Below the pieces are notes generated by a model. The model searched no databases, was not told the origin of the DNA, and saw only the letters and a program-made list of their open reading frames with translations. DNA of 63,219 bases, filler included, from Octopus bimaculoides (Eukaryota), in assembly GCF_001194135.2 (NCBI RefSeq). It is 6 parts of 6 records of this genome, joined end to end, with 100 filler letters (N's around TTAATTAATTAA, not from the genome) between each part and the next. Parts side by side here need not be neighbours in the genome. Positions count along the whole stretch, not along the records: positions 25,786 to 52,362 come from NC_069010.1; 5 more parts are not named here. The stretch is one strand, 5' to 3'. A program made the position numbers and the translations under genes. This document shows positions 38,430 to 50,224 of this stretch, piece by piece. How positions within the stretch are numbered: the first letter of the stretch is position 1; every line of letters begins with the position of its first letter.

Positions 38430-39810
38430 AAATACAGGCAGTACTTGTCGAAATGCCTCACGTGTCTGTTGTGCAGCTCAGGATCCTAAAATCAGCCTTC
38501 ACCATTTCCTCCCATGTCTTCCTGGGTCTTCCTTCTCTATAGGCTTCTGCCACATTTAATGATCAGTTCTTGTTTATAAAACAACTCTCATCCATATACA
38601 GCACATGTCCATACCAGCATGGACATTTTTCTTGCATACAAGATCTGGTGCCTCTTACGCCCAATCTTTCTCTCAGTACATTTATACAAGTCGTTCATGC
38701 ATACTTACATTGCACATCCAGTTTTCTCAAGTCCTCTACAATCAAGGCTGCTGTAAAAGGTTGATAAGCGCAATAGAGACATTAGTCTCTCTCTATCACC
38801 TTTCAACATAATTATATATGAAGAAACAGTAGAACAATTTAACAACATAATAAAAATAAGTTTTATTTTTTGATGATGCTTGGTTTTACAAATCCCGTGT
38901 CCTTCAGCTTAGCAGCCCCTGATTAAGTTGTAATCAGTATTGGAAGATTAAGAGCTTCCTTGATGCATGCCAGAGGAGCAAGTAGCTATCACCATCGATG
39001 GCATCGTGGTGAAGAGTGCTTCGTTGAGGACCAAGGTATTGTCACATCGATGGTGTCGCGCTCAAGAGGGGCTTCCGGAAAGGCAAGTCCCTTGCGCTTG
39101 TGCAGATAGTACTTCCTCAATGGCGGCTATAATTTTGTGCCACTACACTGCTGTCTTACTACCCTGCAACATTACAGTTCTAGCACAAGCATCATATACT
39201 CAATCTTTCACTCTTAGGGAAAAGACCCTTGTTGCTAACAGTCGCAGTAGCTCCCTGAACTTTCTCCCAACCCATTCTTACTCTGGTTACTGCACTTTCA
39301 GAGAAACGGTATCCCCTGCTAATTGCAACGAATAAAAGCTATCAACTAATTAGTGAGCCATCAAGGCATTCAAGAGAATCTTTTGGCAATGTGCTCATAG
39401 TTGGCACTGTAAGGAATTTCTCTACCTGCACCTTTTCTACATATCAAAGAGGGCCCTTTACCTGAAGGGATTAGTGTCCTGTTTGTTTTCCTGCTAACTA
39501 GGACCTTGGTCTTTGCTAAGATAACTTTAAAAGCCTTTTGATTCGAAGTATTGCTTTCACGTCTGGAATTTTAATTTTTAATTCTTCTACACACTCCACT
39601 GTAAGAATAATGTCATCAGCATCAAGGAGTTCCCATGGGAGGGAGACCAGCCTTAAATTCCTCCATTGTGATCCAGAGGACTGTAATAAATAGGACAGGA
39701 CTGAGAACAGAACCTTGTAAGTTAATGAAATGGATAAAAGAAATTCCAGCTCTTTTGTCATTCTTTTATTGTACACACACATGCACATAGGGTCGGCTAA
39801 AAAGTCCATA
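38430..39810 (-). mobile_element. RTE LINE RT and 3' fragments, decayed
   Basis: WELLDADDIILT (YADD-like), KTKVLVSRK, MGWRKFRELL-like frame, and GRPRKTWEEMVKAD. Confidence 0.75.
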
Positions 39811-39842
39811 GGCTAACCAAGATACTTTCATGAAATGAGATC

Positions 39843-40082
39843 GAATCATCATCATCATCGTTTAACGTCCGCTTTCCATGCTAGCATGGGTTGGACGATT
39901 TGACTGAGGACTGGTGAAACCGGATGGCTACACCAGGCTCCAATCTGATTTGGCAGAGTTTCTACAGCTGGATGCCCTTCCTAACGCCAACCACTCAGAG
40001 AGTGTATATATATATATATATCATCATCATCATCATCGTTTAACGTCCGCCTTCCATGCTAGCATGGGTTGGACGATTTGAC
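39843..40082 (-). mobile_element. Two RTE-tail/SINE 3' ends in tandem
   Basis: (ATC)n-GTTTAACGTCCGC...CATGCTAGCATGGGTTGGACGATTTGAC occurs twice. Confidence 0.75.
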
Positions 40083-40590
40083 NNNNNNNNNNNNNNNNNN
40101 NNNNNNNNNNNNNNNNNNNNNNNNNNNNNNNNNNNNNNNNNNNNNNNNNNNNNNNNNNNNNNNNNNNNNNNNNNNNNNNNNNNNNNNNNNNNNNNNNNNN
40201 NNNNNNNNNNNNNNNNNNNNNNNNNNNNNNNNNNNNNNNNNNNNNNNNNNNNNNNNNNNNNNNNNNNNNNNNNNNNNNNNNNNNNNNNNNNNNNNNNNNN
40301 NNNNNNNNNNNNNNNNNNNNNNNNNNNNNNNNNNNNNNNNNNNNNNNNNNNNNNNNNNNNNNNNNNNNNNNNNNNNNNNNNNNNNNNNNNNNNNNNNNNN
40401 NNNNNNNNNNNNNNNNNNNNNNNNNNNNNNNNNNNNNNNNNNNNNNNNNNNNNNNNNNNNNNNNNNNNNNNNNNNNNNNNNNNNNNNNNNNNNNNNNNNN
40501 NNNNNNNNNNNNNNNNNNNNNNNNNNNNNNNNNNNNNNNNNNNNNNNNNNNNNNNNNNNNNNNNNNNNNNNNNNNNNNNNNNNNNNNNNN

Positions 40591-40890
40591 NTGAGCGAAA
40601 ACACCTAAAAGCTCCACGAGGCTCCAGCAGGGGATGGTGGCGAACCCTGCTATACTCTTCCACCACAACTTTCTCTCACTCTTACTTCCTGTTTCTGTTG
40701 TGCCTGTAATTCAAAGGGGCCAGCCTTGTCACACTCTGTGTCACGCTGAATATCCCCGAGAACTACGTTAAGGGTACACGTGTCTGTGGAGTGCTCAGCC
40801 ACTTGCACGTTAATTTCACGAGTAGGCTGTTCCATTGATCGGATCGACTGGAACCCTCGATGTCATAAGTGATGGAGTGCCAACAACAAC
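40591..40890 (+). mobile_element. OR-type SINE (5' part in gap)
   Basis: Matches 36120-36415. Confidence 0.8.
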
Positions 40891-40985
40891 TATGGAAGAT
40901 TGAGATAAATGGGGAAAACATGTGGAAAAAGTCTTGGGGTATTTTGTAGGACAACCTAGATAGATAGATAGAGATCACTGCAATA

Positions 40986-41350
40986 CTAGGTCCTACCCAA
41001 GTGTTTTTCCCTGTTAAGGAACAAATAATAATCAGATGAGGTCAAATCAGGAGAATAAGGAAGGTGATCAACTAGTTCAAGGCTACACTTTTTAATTTCT
41101 ATTAGAGATTCGGTTATAAGAACAAGCTCATCAGCGTAAAGGAGTTCCCATGGGCAGCCAATCTTAAATTCATCTATTATAACCTGGAGTACAATGATGA
41201 ACAAGAGAGGACCGAGAACCAAGCCCAGGTGAATTTCTACTTGTACTCTAAATTCTTTGCTGTACTCAATGCCAACTTTCACCTTGCTGACAGCACCCTG
41301 TACATGGCTTGGCCAACTCAGTTGCACATATTTCTGAGTTGGCATCACAG
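40986..41350 (-). mobile_element. RTE RT fragment fused in frame to a mariner fragment
   Basis: LVLGPLLFIIVL...WELLYADELVL (RT), then HLPYSPDLTSSDYYLF (mariner YSPDL motif). Confidence 0.7.
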
Positions 41351-41372
41351 AATTATAGAAATAAATTCAATA

Positions 41373-42240
41373 GGCATAGGAGTGGCTGTGTGGTAAGTAG
41401 CTTGCTTACGAACCACATGATTCCGGGTTCATTCCCACTGCGCGGCACCTTGGGCAAGTGTCTTCTACTATAGCCTCGAGCCGACCAAAGCCTTGTGAGT
41501 GGATTTGGTAGGCGGAAACTGAAAGAAGCCCATCATATATATGTATATATATATATATATTATAAGGTTTTTAAACTTTTAAATTTTCATATTCAAAAGA
41601 GACAGAGACTTCAAATTCGATGAAAATTTAAAAGTTTAAAAACCTTATAATATAAATATAAANNNNNNNNNNNNNNNNNNNNNNNNNNNNNNNNNNNNNN
41701 NNNNNNNNNNNNNNNNNNNNNNNNNNNNNNNNNNNNNNNNNNNNNNNNNNNNNNNNNNNNNNNNNNNNNNNNNNNNNNNNNNNNNNNNNNNNNNNNNNNN
41801 NNNNNNNNNNNNNNNNNNNNNNNNNNNNNNNNNNNNNNNNNNNNNNNNNNNNNNNNNNNNNNNNNNNNNNNNNNNNNNNNNNNNNNNNNNNNNNNNNNNN
41901 NNNNNNNNNNNNNNNNNNNNNNNNNNNNNNNNNNNNNNNNNNNNNNNNNNNNNNNNTTAATTGAGTTTTTACCTGTAATTTTGGATTTTGTCCCTGATAT
42001 TATTATATATATATATGTATGTGTGTGTGTATATGTTTGTGTGTCTGTGTTTGTTCCCCCAACATCGCTTGACAACCGATGGCGGTGTGTTTACGTCCCC
42101 GTAACTTAGCGGTTCGGCAAAAAGAGACCGATAGAATAAGTACTAGGCTTCCAAAGAACAAGTCCTGGGGTCGATTTGCTCATCTAAAGGCGGTGCTCCA
42201 GCATGGCCACAGTCAAATGACTGAAACAAGTAAAAGGAAA
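41373..42240 (+). mobile_element. Type A SINE split by a fold-back insert and a gap
   Basis: Head at 41373-41535, tail at 42010-42240. Confidence 0.75.
41556..41654. repeat. 35-bp perfect inverted repeat with 29-nt spacer (MITE-like)
   Basis: TATATTATAAGGTTTTTAAACTTTTAAATTTTCAT / ATGAAAATTTAAAAGTTTAAAAACCTTATAATATA. Confidence 0.9.
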
Positions 42241-42544
42241 AAAGAAGCAAAACTGCAAAATAATGAAAAGATGGGGTGAGGGGGAGAATCGGAGAATTAG
42301 GTGGGGGTGGGGGTCTTTTCCTCCATGTTTTTGTTATTCTTTTTAACCCTGGGAAAGTTTGCTCGTATCCATGTGGCATTTAGATTCAGTCCTACTGCAT
42401 GGTACCCTGAGCAAATATCATCTACTACAGCATTGGGCTGACCAAAGCCTTGTGAAATAATTTAATAGATGGAAACTATGAGGAAGCTCGTCAAATATAC
42501 ACACACATAGACCGACAGACAGACAGAGAGAAAGATAGACAAAG

Positions 42545-42595
<51 letters not shown>

Positions 42596-44629
42596 GATAG
42601 GTAGATATGAGTGTGTGTGTTTAAACCTTGATCACTTGACAAACCAGTGTAGGTTTGTTTACATCCTCATAACTTAACAATGCGGCCAAATAAAACCAAC
42701 CAACGTAATAATTACCAGATGTAAAATAAGCACTGGTGCCAATGTGAATTCTAAACATTGCAAGGCGTTGCTCCAGTCTGGCCGCAGTTCAACGACTGGA
42801 GCCAGTAAAAGAGTACAAGAGAACTGGGATCTACGATGGCTGAAACACCCACACATTCGAAGAAATTACAGTTTAAGAAGCATTAAATATTTTCCGACGC
42901 TATTGTACAAGAATGCAGTATATGTCTTTTTTTTTTCTTTCATTTTTATTTTCGGTACTTGACTGGTAATATTTATTATCGACCCCTGAAAGGGATAAAA
43001 TGTGAAGTTGAATCGGCGGGAATTGAACGTTGGTTGTAAAGAACTGAAATAGGCGACCCTTCGGTATTGGCCAACGAAGTGTCGGTATAAGGAGACGACG
43101 TCTCTTTGTCTATATCACAAAGGAAGGTTGCGTGGGTGAATGGTGTCGTCTACCGATACCGAAGGATTGCCCTGGAACAAACTGCACCGAATATTTTCCC
43201 TGACGCTCTAACGATTCTGCCAGGTCGCTCAACGACAACAGTAACTATAACAACATTAACTACTCCCGAAACAAAGAAGAAGCCACTGTGCAGTCAATCA
43301 TATGCTAGAAACAGCAGCCAAATTCCTTCAGATTTAACTCTCCCGTAATAATGGTATCAAATTTTGGCACAAAACCCAGCAATCTTGGTGTAAGGGACGG
43401 GGTTAACTCGTTTACATATATCGACCCTTGTGTTTAACTTGTACTAATTTCATCAACCTCCGAAAGGATGAAAGGTTAAAGCTCGACCTCGGCGGAGGGG
43501 CTAGTCGATTACATCGACTCCAGTGAACAACTGGTACTTATCTTATCGTCATTTAGTGAATGAAAGACAAAGTTGAGCTTGGGCGGAATTTGAACCCAGA
43601 ACGTAAAGACGGGACGAAACGCCGCTAAGTTTGTGTTTCTTTTTTGTCCTGCGTGCTAACGATTCCGCCACCCCGCCGCCTTATCATTCTTATTTTATTG
43701 ACTGATGCATGTAAATCATATATTGCGTATATAAAATACATTCGATGTTCACAGCTAAAACATCTTCGATCATAGGTCAGCTGGGTAGGGACTGACCTGG
43801 GGTTAAAAAAACAACAAGAACGGACACAGTTGTCCGAGAAACGCTGTGTCTGTATAAAAGACAGGATGGTCGCAACTGGAGCGTCTTTGATCATAAGTCT
43901 GCTGGATCAGGACTGACTCGGGGCTAAGCATCAATAACAAGGAAGGACACATTAGATCACGTAGTCCTAGATACACTGTGTGTATATAAAAGACAAGGAT
44001 GGTCGCGGCTGGAATAACTTTTATTGTTAGTCTATTTTCCGTCAACGCCGCTTTTAGCAGCCTCGGTATGGCCTTCGTTTCGTGTTTGTAAGAAAAGGAA
44101 GTGAACCCGGCTTTGTCTGGAAGACTCTCACTCGCTGAGAGAGAAGAGCGCGAGTGTAAGTTAAGATAGAGTAAGAGGTTAGACTGAGTGACAGAGAGAA
44201 AGAGAGGGATAGAGGGGGTACTGAGGAAGTGTGAAAGAGAAAGAGTAAGAGTGGAAGAGCGTAAGCGAGAGAATGGAAGCAAAGAAAGAGGAGAAAAAGT
44301 GACAAAGAAGGTAAGTTAAAATGAATGCGAAAAAGAGAAAGAGGGAGTAATAGAAAGAGTAAAAAGAAAAAGGGAGCTGTAGAAAAGGTAATATATAAAA
44401 CTGAGAGAGAGAGAGAGGGATAGTAAGAGACAACAGTCGGAACTGAAGGGGGAGGGAGGGATAGAGTGCAAAAGTGATTAAACTAGAGGAGTGGGAAGAG
44501 TAATTAAGAGAGACAGAGAGAGGGGCAGTAAGAGAATGGCAGATGTAATATACGAGAGGGAGGGGGAGGAAAAGAGCGCGCGAGAAAGTGAGAGTGATCT
44601 CCCCTTGTCACATTCAAGGAAGAACCACT

Positions 44630-44690
44630 TTTTCTTTCTCCCGCCTACTGTTGGTCACGTGCGTTTCGTCTCGACCAATGACGATCGAGT
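44630..44690 (+). promoter_or_regulatory. Putative promoter: GC box, E-box and CCAAT box in a CpG-rich patch
   Basis: CCCGCC at about 44640, GGTCACGTG (CACGTG 44656-44661) and GACCAATGA (CCAAT 44675-44679), downstream of a long GA-rich tract. Confidence 0.5.
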
Positions 44691-44912
44691 TGGCAGAAGA
44701 GTATGGCCGCGAACTTTTTGAATGTGTCCAACAGCTTCCTGCCAAGCTGACGGCGCCAGTTCGATCCCTGTCGAAGAAGTACACACAGCCAGGCGCCCAA
44801 CCCCACCACTGACGCCGGCCGGCTTCCCACTTGCAACTGTGCGATTTCGTGTGGAATCGAACCCTTAGTACTGTATATAAATATATATATATATATATTT
44901 AGCTGTGTAGGT

Positions 44913-45117
44913 ATATAGATGTAAGGACATCTATGTATATATATGTATGTATATTTCTATGTTAGGACGTGAACGAGAGCCGGATCGCACCAAGAAATAG
45001 TTGGAGAAAGAGAATTATATAGATGTAAGGACATCTATGTATATATATGTATGTATATTTCTGTTAGGATGTGAATGAGAGCCGGATCACACCAAGAAAT
45101 AGCTGGAGAAAGAGAAT
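44913..45117 (+). repeat. ~105-bp tandem duplication
   Basis: AGATGTAAGGACATCTATG...GAGAGCCGGATC(G/A)CACCAAGAAATAG(T/C)TGGAGAAAGAGAAT occurs twice. Confidence 0.9.
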
Positions 45118-45146
45118 ACAACATAGGATACAAGCCGGTCAGTAAT

Positions 45147-45181
<35 letters not shown>

Positions 45182-45763
45182 TACGTAGATACATAAATAT
45201 ATATGTATATAGATATACGCACACATGTACATATACATTCGTACACACGCAGATATATATATATATATATATATACATGCAAACACGCATACACACACAC
45301 ATGTATACATCGATGTACACATGCATTCCCCATATATATATATATAATGGCTCTGTAAAAGATTTACAAAAGCGATCAGACAAAGCCGATCGTATTAATA
45401 ATAATAATAATAATAATAATATTGATTAGGAAATTCCACCCCGAGACACACAGGAATATAGTTTTTAAGTTACACAGAAAAACAACGAAATCTTATATTT
45501 TTTTTTTCTTCTTTTCTTTCCTCGCAGTTACCCTGAAATTCGATCACGGATCACATTACATGGAACCACGGCCGCAACACGGAGGACATCTAGAAATGTA
45601 CACAGACACATGGAGGATATAAATATATATAGACACACGGAGGATATATAGACATATATACTGACGCGCATATCTATAGATCTATACGATCACACATATC
45701 TATAGTTATATACAAACTTACATTCACACATAACTGTTGTTACATACATAGTCACACACATCT

Positions 45764-45812
<49 letters not shown>

Positions 45813-46114
45813 TACACAGTAACACCAGCCGCGTGTCGTTTTCCTTTTCTCTCCGAGTGTTCCAACCTCTCCTCCTCTCCTGCACTCTACAACAATAATG
45901 GCACCAATCGTTCGGGAAATAAGAGGTGACAACAACAAGTCATAACAATTAGGACCATTGCTGTGTCCAACATCACAATTTTGTTCGCATCTTAATTAAA
46001 CCAAACCGGACCTAAAGCATTTGTTTCTTAATTGACTTTTGGTTCTCCCTCCCTCCTTTATACTCCACGGATTATTAATTACACGGATATTGCTGTTGTG
46101 TGTAGGACATATAT

Positions 46115-46612
46115 ACGAAGTGCCTACGCCAATCGAGGCATACACATGTATATGAGCGAGTGTCTGAGTTCACCGAGACACACAGATAAACAGACACTTA
46201 AAAGCGAATATCTACGTCCATCGAGGTACGTACACACTTAAAAGCGGGTGTCTACGTCCATCGAGGCACATTACACAGACATATAAGTGCATGTCTACGT
46301 CCATCGAGGCACTACACATATATATGAGCTAGTGTCTACATCCACGGAGGCATACAGATACACAAACATCTAAGTTCACTGAGACTTAGCTACGCACAGA
46401 CACAAGCAGGCGCCTACGTCCACCGAGGCACAGAGATCTACAAACAAAGCGGATGTTTAAATCGATCGAGTTACACAAATGTGCAGACACACAAGCGCAT
46501 GTCTACGTCCATCGAGGCACCTACAGACTCTTGTAAACGGGAGTTCTCGTCCAGCGAGGCGTACAGACACACATACATTCACGGAAGCGAGTGTGTAAGT
46601 CCACCGAGGCAC
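46115..46612 (+). repeat. 12-unit repeat-spacer array; conserved core AGCGR-GTGTCT-ACGTCCAYCG-AGGCAC with variable AC-rich spacers
   Basis: Stem 5' arms at 46120, 46160, 46208, 46248, 46291, 46332, 46366, 46410, 46453, 46499, 46541 and 46591; period 34-50 bp. Confidence 0.9.
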
Positions 46613-47396
46613 ATAGTCAAACGCAAACATAACACAACCCCTCCCGGTGTTGAAACACTCGTTAATTTGGCTCCCAGCTGAATTGAAACCGAGATCGCTT
46701 TGATCAGAAAGAAGCGCATCACCATTTTTGACATCATCATCATCAACGTTGTCAATTAATTAATTAATTAATTAACCGGAACGAGCGCTACATTCTTTTG
46801 CCGCCCTTAATTGACCTCGAATATCCAGGCTTTCATTAACAACCACCACCGCCGTCGTCATTTAACGTTTAACATCAATCGCCATCGTCATCAACAGCAT
46901 CATCATCATTATCGTCGTAATCCCAGCTTGATTGCGAGACCAAAACGGCTTTCTACACAAAGACCAAAACACCACGAGGAGTTTACACACCGCCAGTGAC
47001 AATAACAGTAACAACCACTATTCTTTTTATTCTTCTTCTTCTTCTTCTTATTAGTTATTATTAGTTTTTACCACTACTGCTGCTATTATTATAATATCGG
47101 TATTTTACTATCATCTTCGTTTCGAGTTCAATTCCAAACCTCACCGGAAGTCACCGAAACAAGCATCTCCGACACAACATATTTGTACATACACACACAA
47201 ACGCACGCATTCGTAAATACATTCCTATACATACATACATATATATACATACACATATACATACATGTTTTGAATCGGTTGGTATATAAAAAAAAGACAG
47301 GTTTGGGCCCTTGTGGCCCTCACCTAATCTAGCAATTGATTAAATCGATCAGTAACAATAATAATCCTGAAGAAAAAGGAAGAAGTGGAGGCGAGG

Positions 47397-47568
47397 ATGC
47401 ATCGCCAGGAAGACGACGTGCAGGTGCCTTGCCTGTCGGGGATTTTGGATCTGCAGAGAATGTGCCAAGAAGAGAACGTGAAGTTCTCGTCGGAGACCAA
47501 CAGATATTTGGTTTATCTAATGTTGAAGAAAGTCGGCCCCATGATGGCATCAAAGCTGCTAGACAGAC
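47397..47568 (+). CDS. Putative first coding exon of an unidentified host gene (57 codons plus 1 nt)
   Basis: ATG with A at -3; translation MHRQEDDVQVPCLSGILDLQRMCQEENVKFSSETNRYLVYLMLKKVGPMMASKLLDR; GC-elevated unique sequence ending at the donor C|GTGAGT (47569). No homology recognised. Confidence 0.55.
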
Positions 47569-47614
47569 GTGAGTTTGAATCTCGTTATTTCACATTCACT
47601 TTCTAAATATCTAT

Positions 47615-48360
47615 GTTTGCATCTTGGAAACTATCTATATATCTCCCTGTCTATCTATCTATACATCTCCCTATCAAAATGGCTGTCTGTCTATCTATCT
47701 ATCGGTCTATCTATTTCCCTATCTGTTTATCTATCGATCGATCTATCTCCCTATTTATTTGTCTATCTGTCTCCTTATCTATTTGTTTATCTATCTATCT
47801 CTGTCTATGTCTCCCTATCTATTTGTCTATCTATCTATTTATCTCCCTATCTGTCTATCTATCTATCTCCCTGTCTATATATCTGTCTATCTGCCTATCT
47901 ATCTGTCTGTCTCTGTCTATCTCTGTCTCTCATTATGTCTGTCTNNNNNNNNNNNNNNNNNNNNNNNNNNNNNNNNNNNNNNNNNNNNNNNNNNNNNNNN
48001 NNNNNNNNNNNNNNNNNNNNNNNNNNNNNNNNNNNNNNNNCTATCTCTGTCTATCTCTTTGTCTGTCTGTGTCTATCTCTTAGTCTAATCTGTCTGTGTC
48101 TATCTCTTTGTCTGTCTGTCTATCTCTTTGTCTGTCTGTCTATCTCTATCTGTCTGTTTCTGTCAATCTCTGTCTATGTCTATCTCTGTTTATCTCTGTC
48201 CATGTCTATCTCTGTGTCTATCTGTCTGTGTCTATCTCTGTCTGAGTCTATCTCTGTCTGAGTCTATCTCTGTCTGAGTCTATCTCTGCCTGTGTCTATC
48301 TCTGTTTGAGTCTATCTCTTTGTCTCTCTGTCAATGTTTATCTCTATCAATGTCTATCTA
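47615..48360. repeat. Compound (TCTA)/(TCTG)/(CT) microsatellite
   Basis: Directly visible; it accounts for the spurious SL/YL/CL-rich ORFs. Confidence 0.95.
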
Positions 48361-49148
48361 TTCATCATCAATTTAAACCAGTGGTCTAGCATATTTTTAA
48401 AAAATCCAAAGATTTAAAAATTATATTACATTTAAAGAGATTGTCAAACCGTGGGCATGGGTTGGACAGTTTGACAAGATTCTATAAAGAGAGCATTTGT
48501 GCTCCAGTGTCTGCTTTAGCATGTTTTCTATAGCTTGATGCCTTTCCTAGCATGATACTGGTGCCACATTAAAAACACCCAGCAGTACACTCTGTCAGGT
48601 GGATGGCATTACGTAGGACATCCCGTCAAAGAAACCCAGGCAAAACAGACAATCAGGGCCGGGTGCAACTCTTGCTAAACCATCCAACACATGTCAGCAT
48701 TGAAAATGGATGTTAAACGATGGTGCATCGGTGCTAGTGAAGTCACTGTGCAGCCTGCAAGACTAGGATGTCATTTGGCTGAGTGGTGGGCATTATGTCA
48801 AGGGATGAGAGTTTTGGGTGTGGAGAGGAGGTGAAGAGGGCAGAATAGAACAGGTTTGTTGCTGGAGAGGAGCTACATGTCTCCTTGCGTTATAGATGAG
48901 AGGGGGGTAGGAGGGAGTGGCCCAGGAGGGGGTGAAGCTGGAAAGGTAAAGATAGAGGGAGTGGGAGCAAGAAAACTGAAAGTGTGGGAGATTATTAGAA
49001 ATAAGGAAAAAAAAGGGAGAGAGGGAAAAATATAAAGAATAGGAAGGAGGAAGAGTAGGTGACAACTGTAAAAATTGGGTACGGTTGACCAGAGATCACA
49101 TATGTGCATGTGTGTGTGTGCATATATATATATATATGTGTGTGCATG

Positions 49149-49179
<31 letters not shown>

Positions 49180-49226
49180 ATATATATATATGTGTGTGTG
49201 TGTGTGTTTATATATATGTGTATATA

Positions 49227-49271
<45 letters not shown>

Positions 49272-49284
49272 ACATATGTGTATG

Positions 49285-49632
49285 TGGCTGTGTGGTAAGG
49301 AATTTGTTTCCCACATGGTTCAGTCCCACTGTGTGGCACCTTGGCAGTGAATTTGGTAGATGAAAACTAAAAGAAGCCTGTCGTGTGTGTGTTTGTTACT
49401 GTCTCCTAGTCTTGACATTGCATGATAGTTGTAAATGAGTGTCACTGTCATGTAAGCGGTGTCATTCGTTTCCAATCTTCCATGAAAACCGGTCTGGCCC
49501 TAGAGGGTGAAAAATATTATCTTGATTGCAAATAGGTGAGGATTGGTGAGAGGAAAGGGCATCCAGCCATAGACAAACCTGCCTCAACAAATTTTGCCCA
49601 ACACATGGAAAAGTGGACACTAAAATGATGAT
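49285..49632 (+). mobile_element. tRNA-headed, RTE-tailed SINE (Ceph-SINE-like)
   Basis: GTGGCTGTGTGGTAAG head, AAGGGCATCCAGCC block and (GAT)n tail. Confidence 0.65.
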
Positions 49633-49799
49633 GATGGTGGCGTGTTACAATCTGGATTGGCAGATGATTGGAAAGATGGCTTTTAGGAGATCCATCTTGC
49701 AGACTACATCAGCAAAGATTGACAGTAGTTTGAAAACGTCACAAGGTCTTCTGTGGCATACATTGGAAGATAAAGTTCTTGTATGGCATGAAAGGAAGA

Positions 49800-50220
49800 A
49801 TCAGTGATCTTGGAGTCCTCTGACGCTAATGGTCTAACCATTTGCAACACTTAACTTGGCATCAGATGTGGTGTGGAATGGAGACAACTGCATTGGTATA
49901 GTCATGTGATATGTATGGATGTGGAGGGCTGTGTGAAGTGCCAACCTCTATCAGTGGAAGGAAGCTGTGGAAGAGGTAGACCCAGGAAGACATGGGGCGA
50001 GGTGGTGAAGCATGATCTTCAAATGTTGAGCCTTACTGAGGCAATGACTACTAACCAAAATCTTTGGCAATATTCTGTGCTTCAGAAGACCCGTCAAACC
50101 AAGTAAAATCCTAGTTGTGGCCATTGTTAGTGGCATGTTAAAAGCGCCTTTTGAGTGTTGGGCCTCACAGAGACAATGACAAATGACCGAGACCATCGGC
50201 AATATACTGTGCTTGAGAAG
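49800..50220 (+). mobile_element. RTE LINE 3' end
   Basis: QLHWYSHVICMDVEGCVKC...GRGRPRKTWGEVVKHDL. Confidence 0.75.
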
Positions 50221-50224
50221 ACAC

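Noticed and set aside
44678-44812. 44-aa ORF MTIELAEEYGRELFECVQQLPAKLTAPVRSLSKKYTQPGAQPHH
   Set aside because: The ATG lies inside the CCAAT box, so it is probably upstream of any TSS, and no homology is recognised. It cannot be supported as a CDS.
46115-46612. Calling the array a true CRISPR locus
   Set aside because: Animal context, no cas genes, degenerate repeats and low-complexity spacers. Kept as a finding but not typed as CRISPR.
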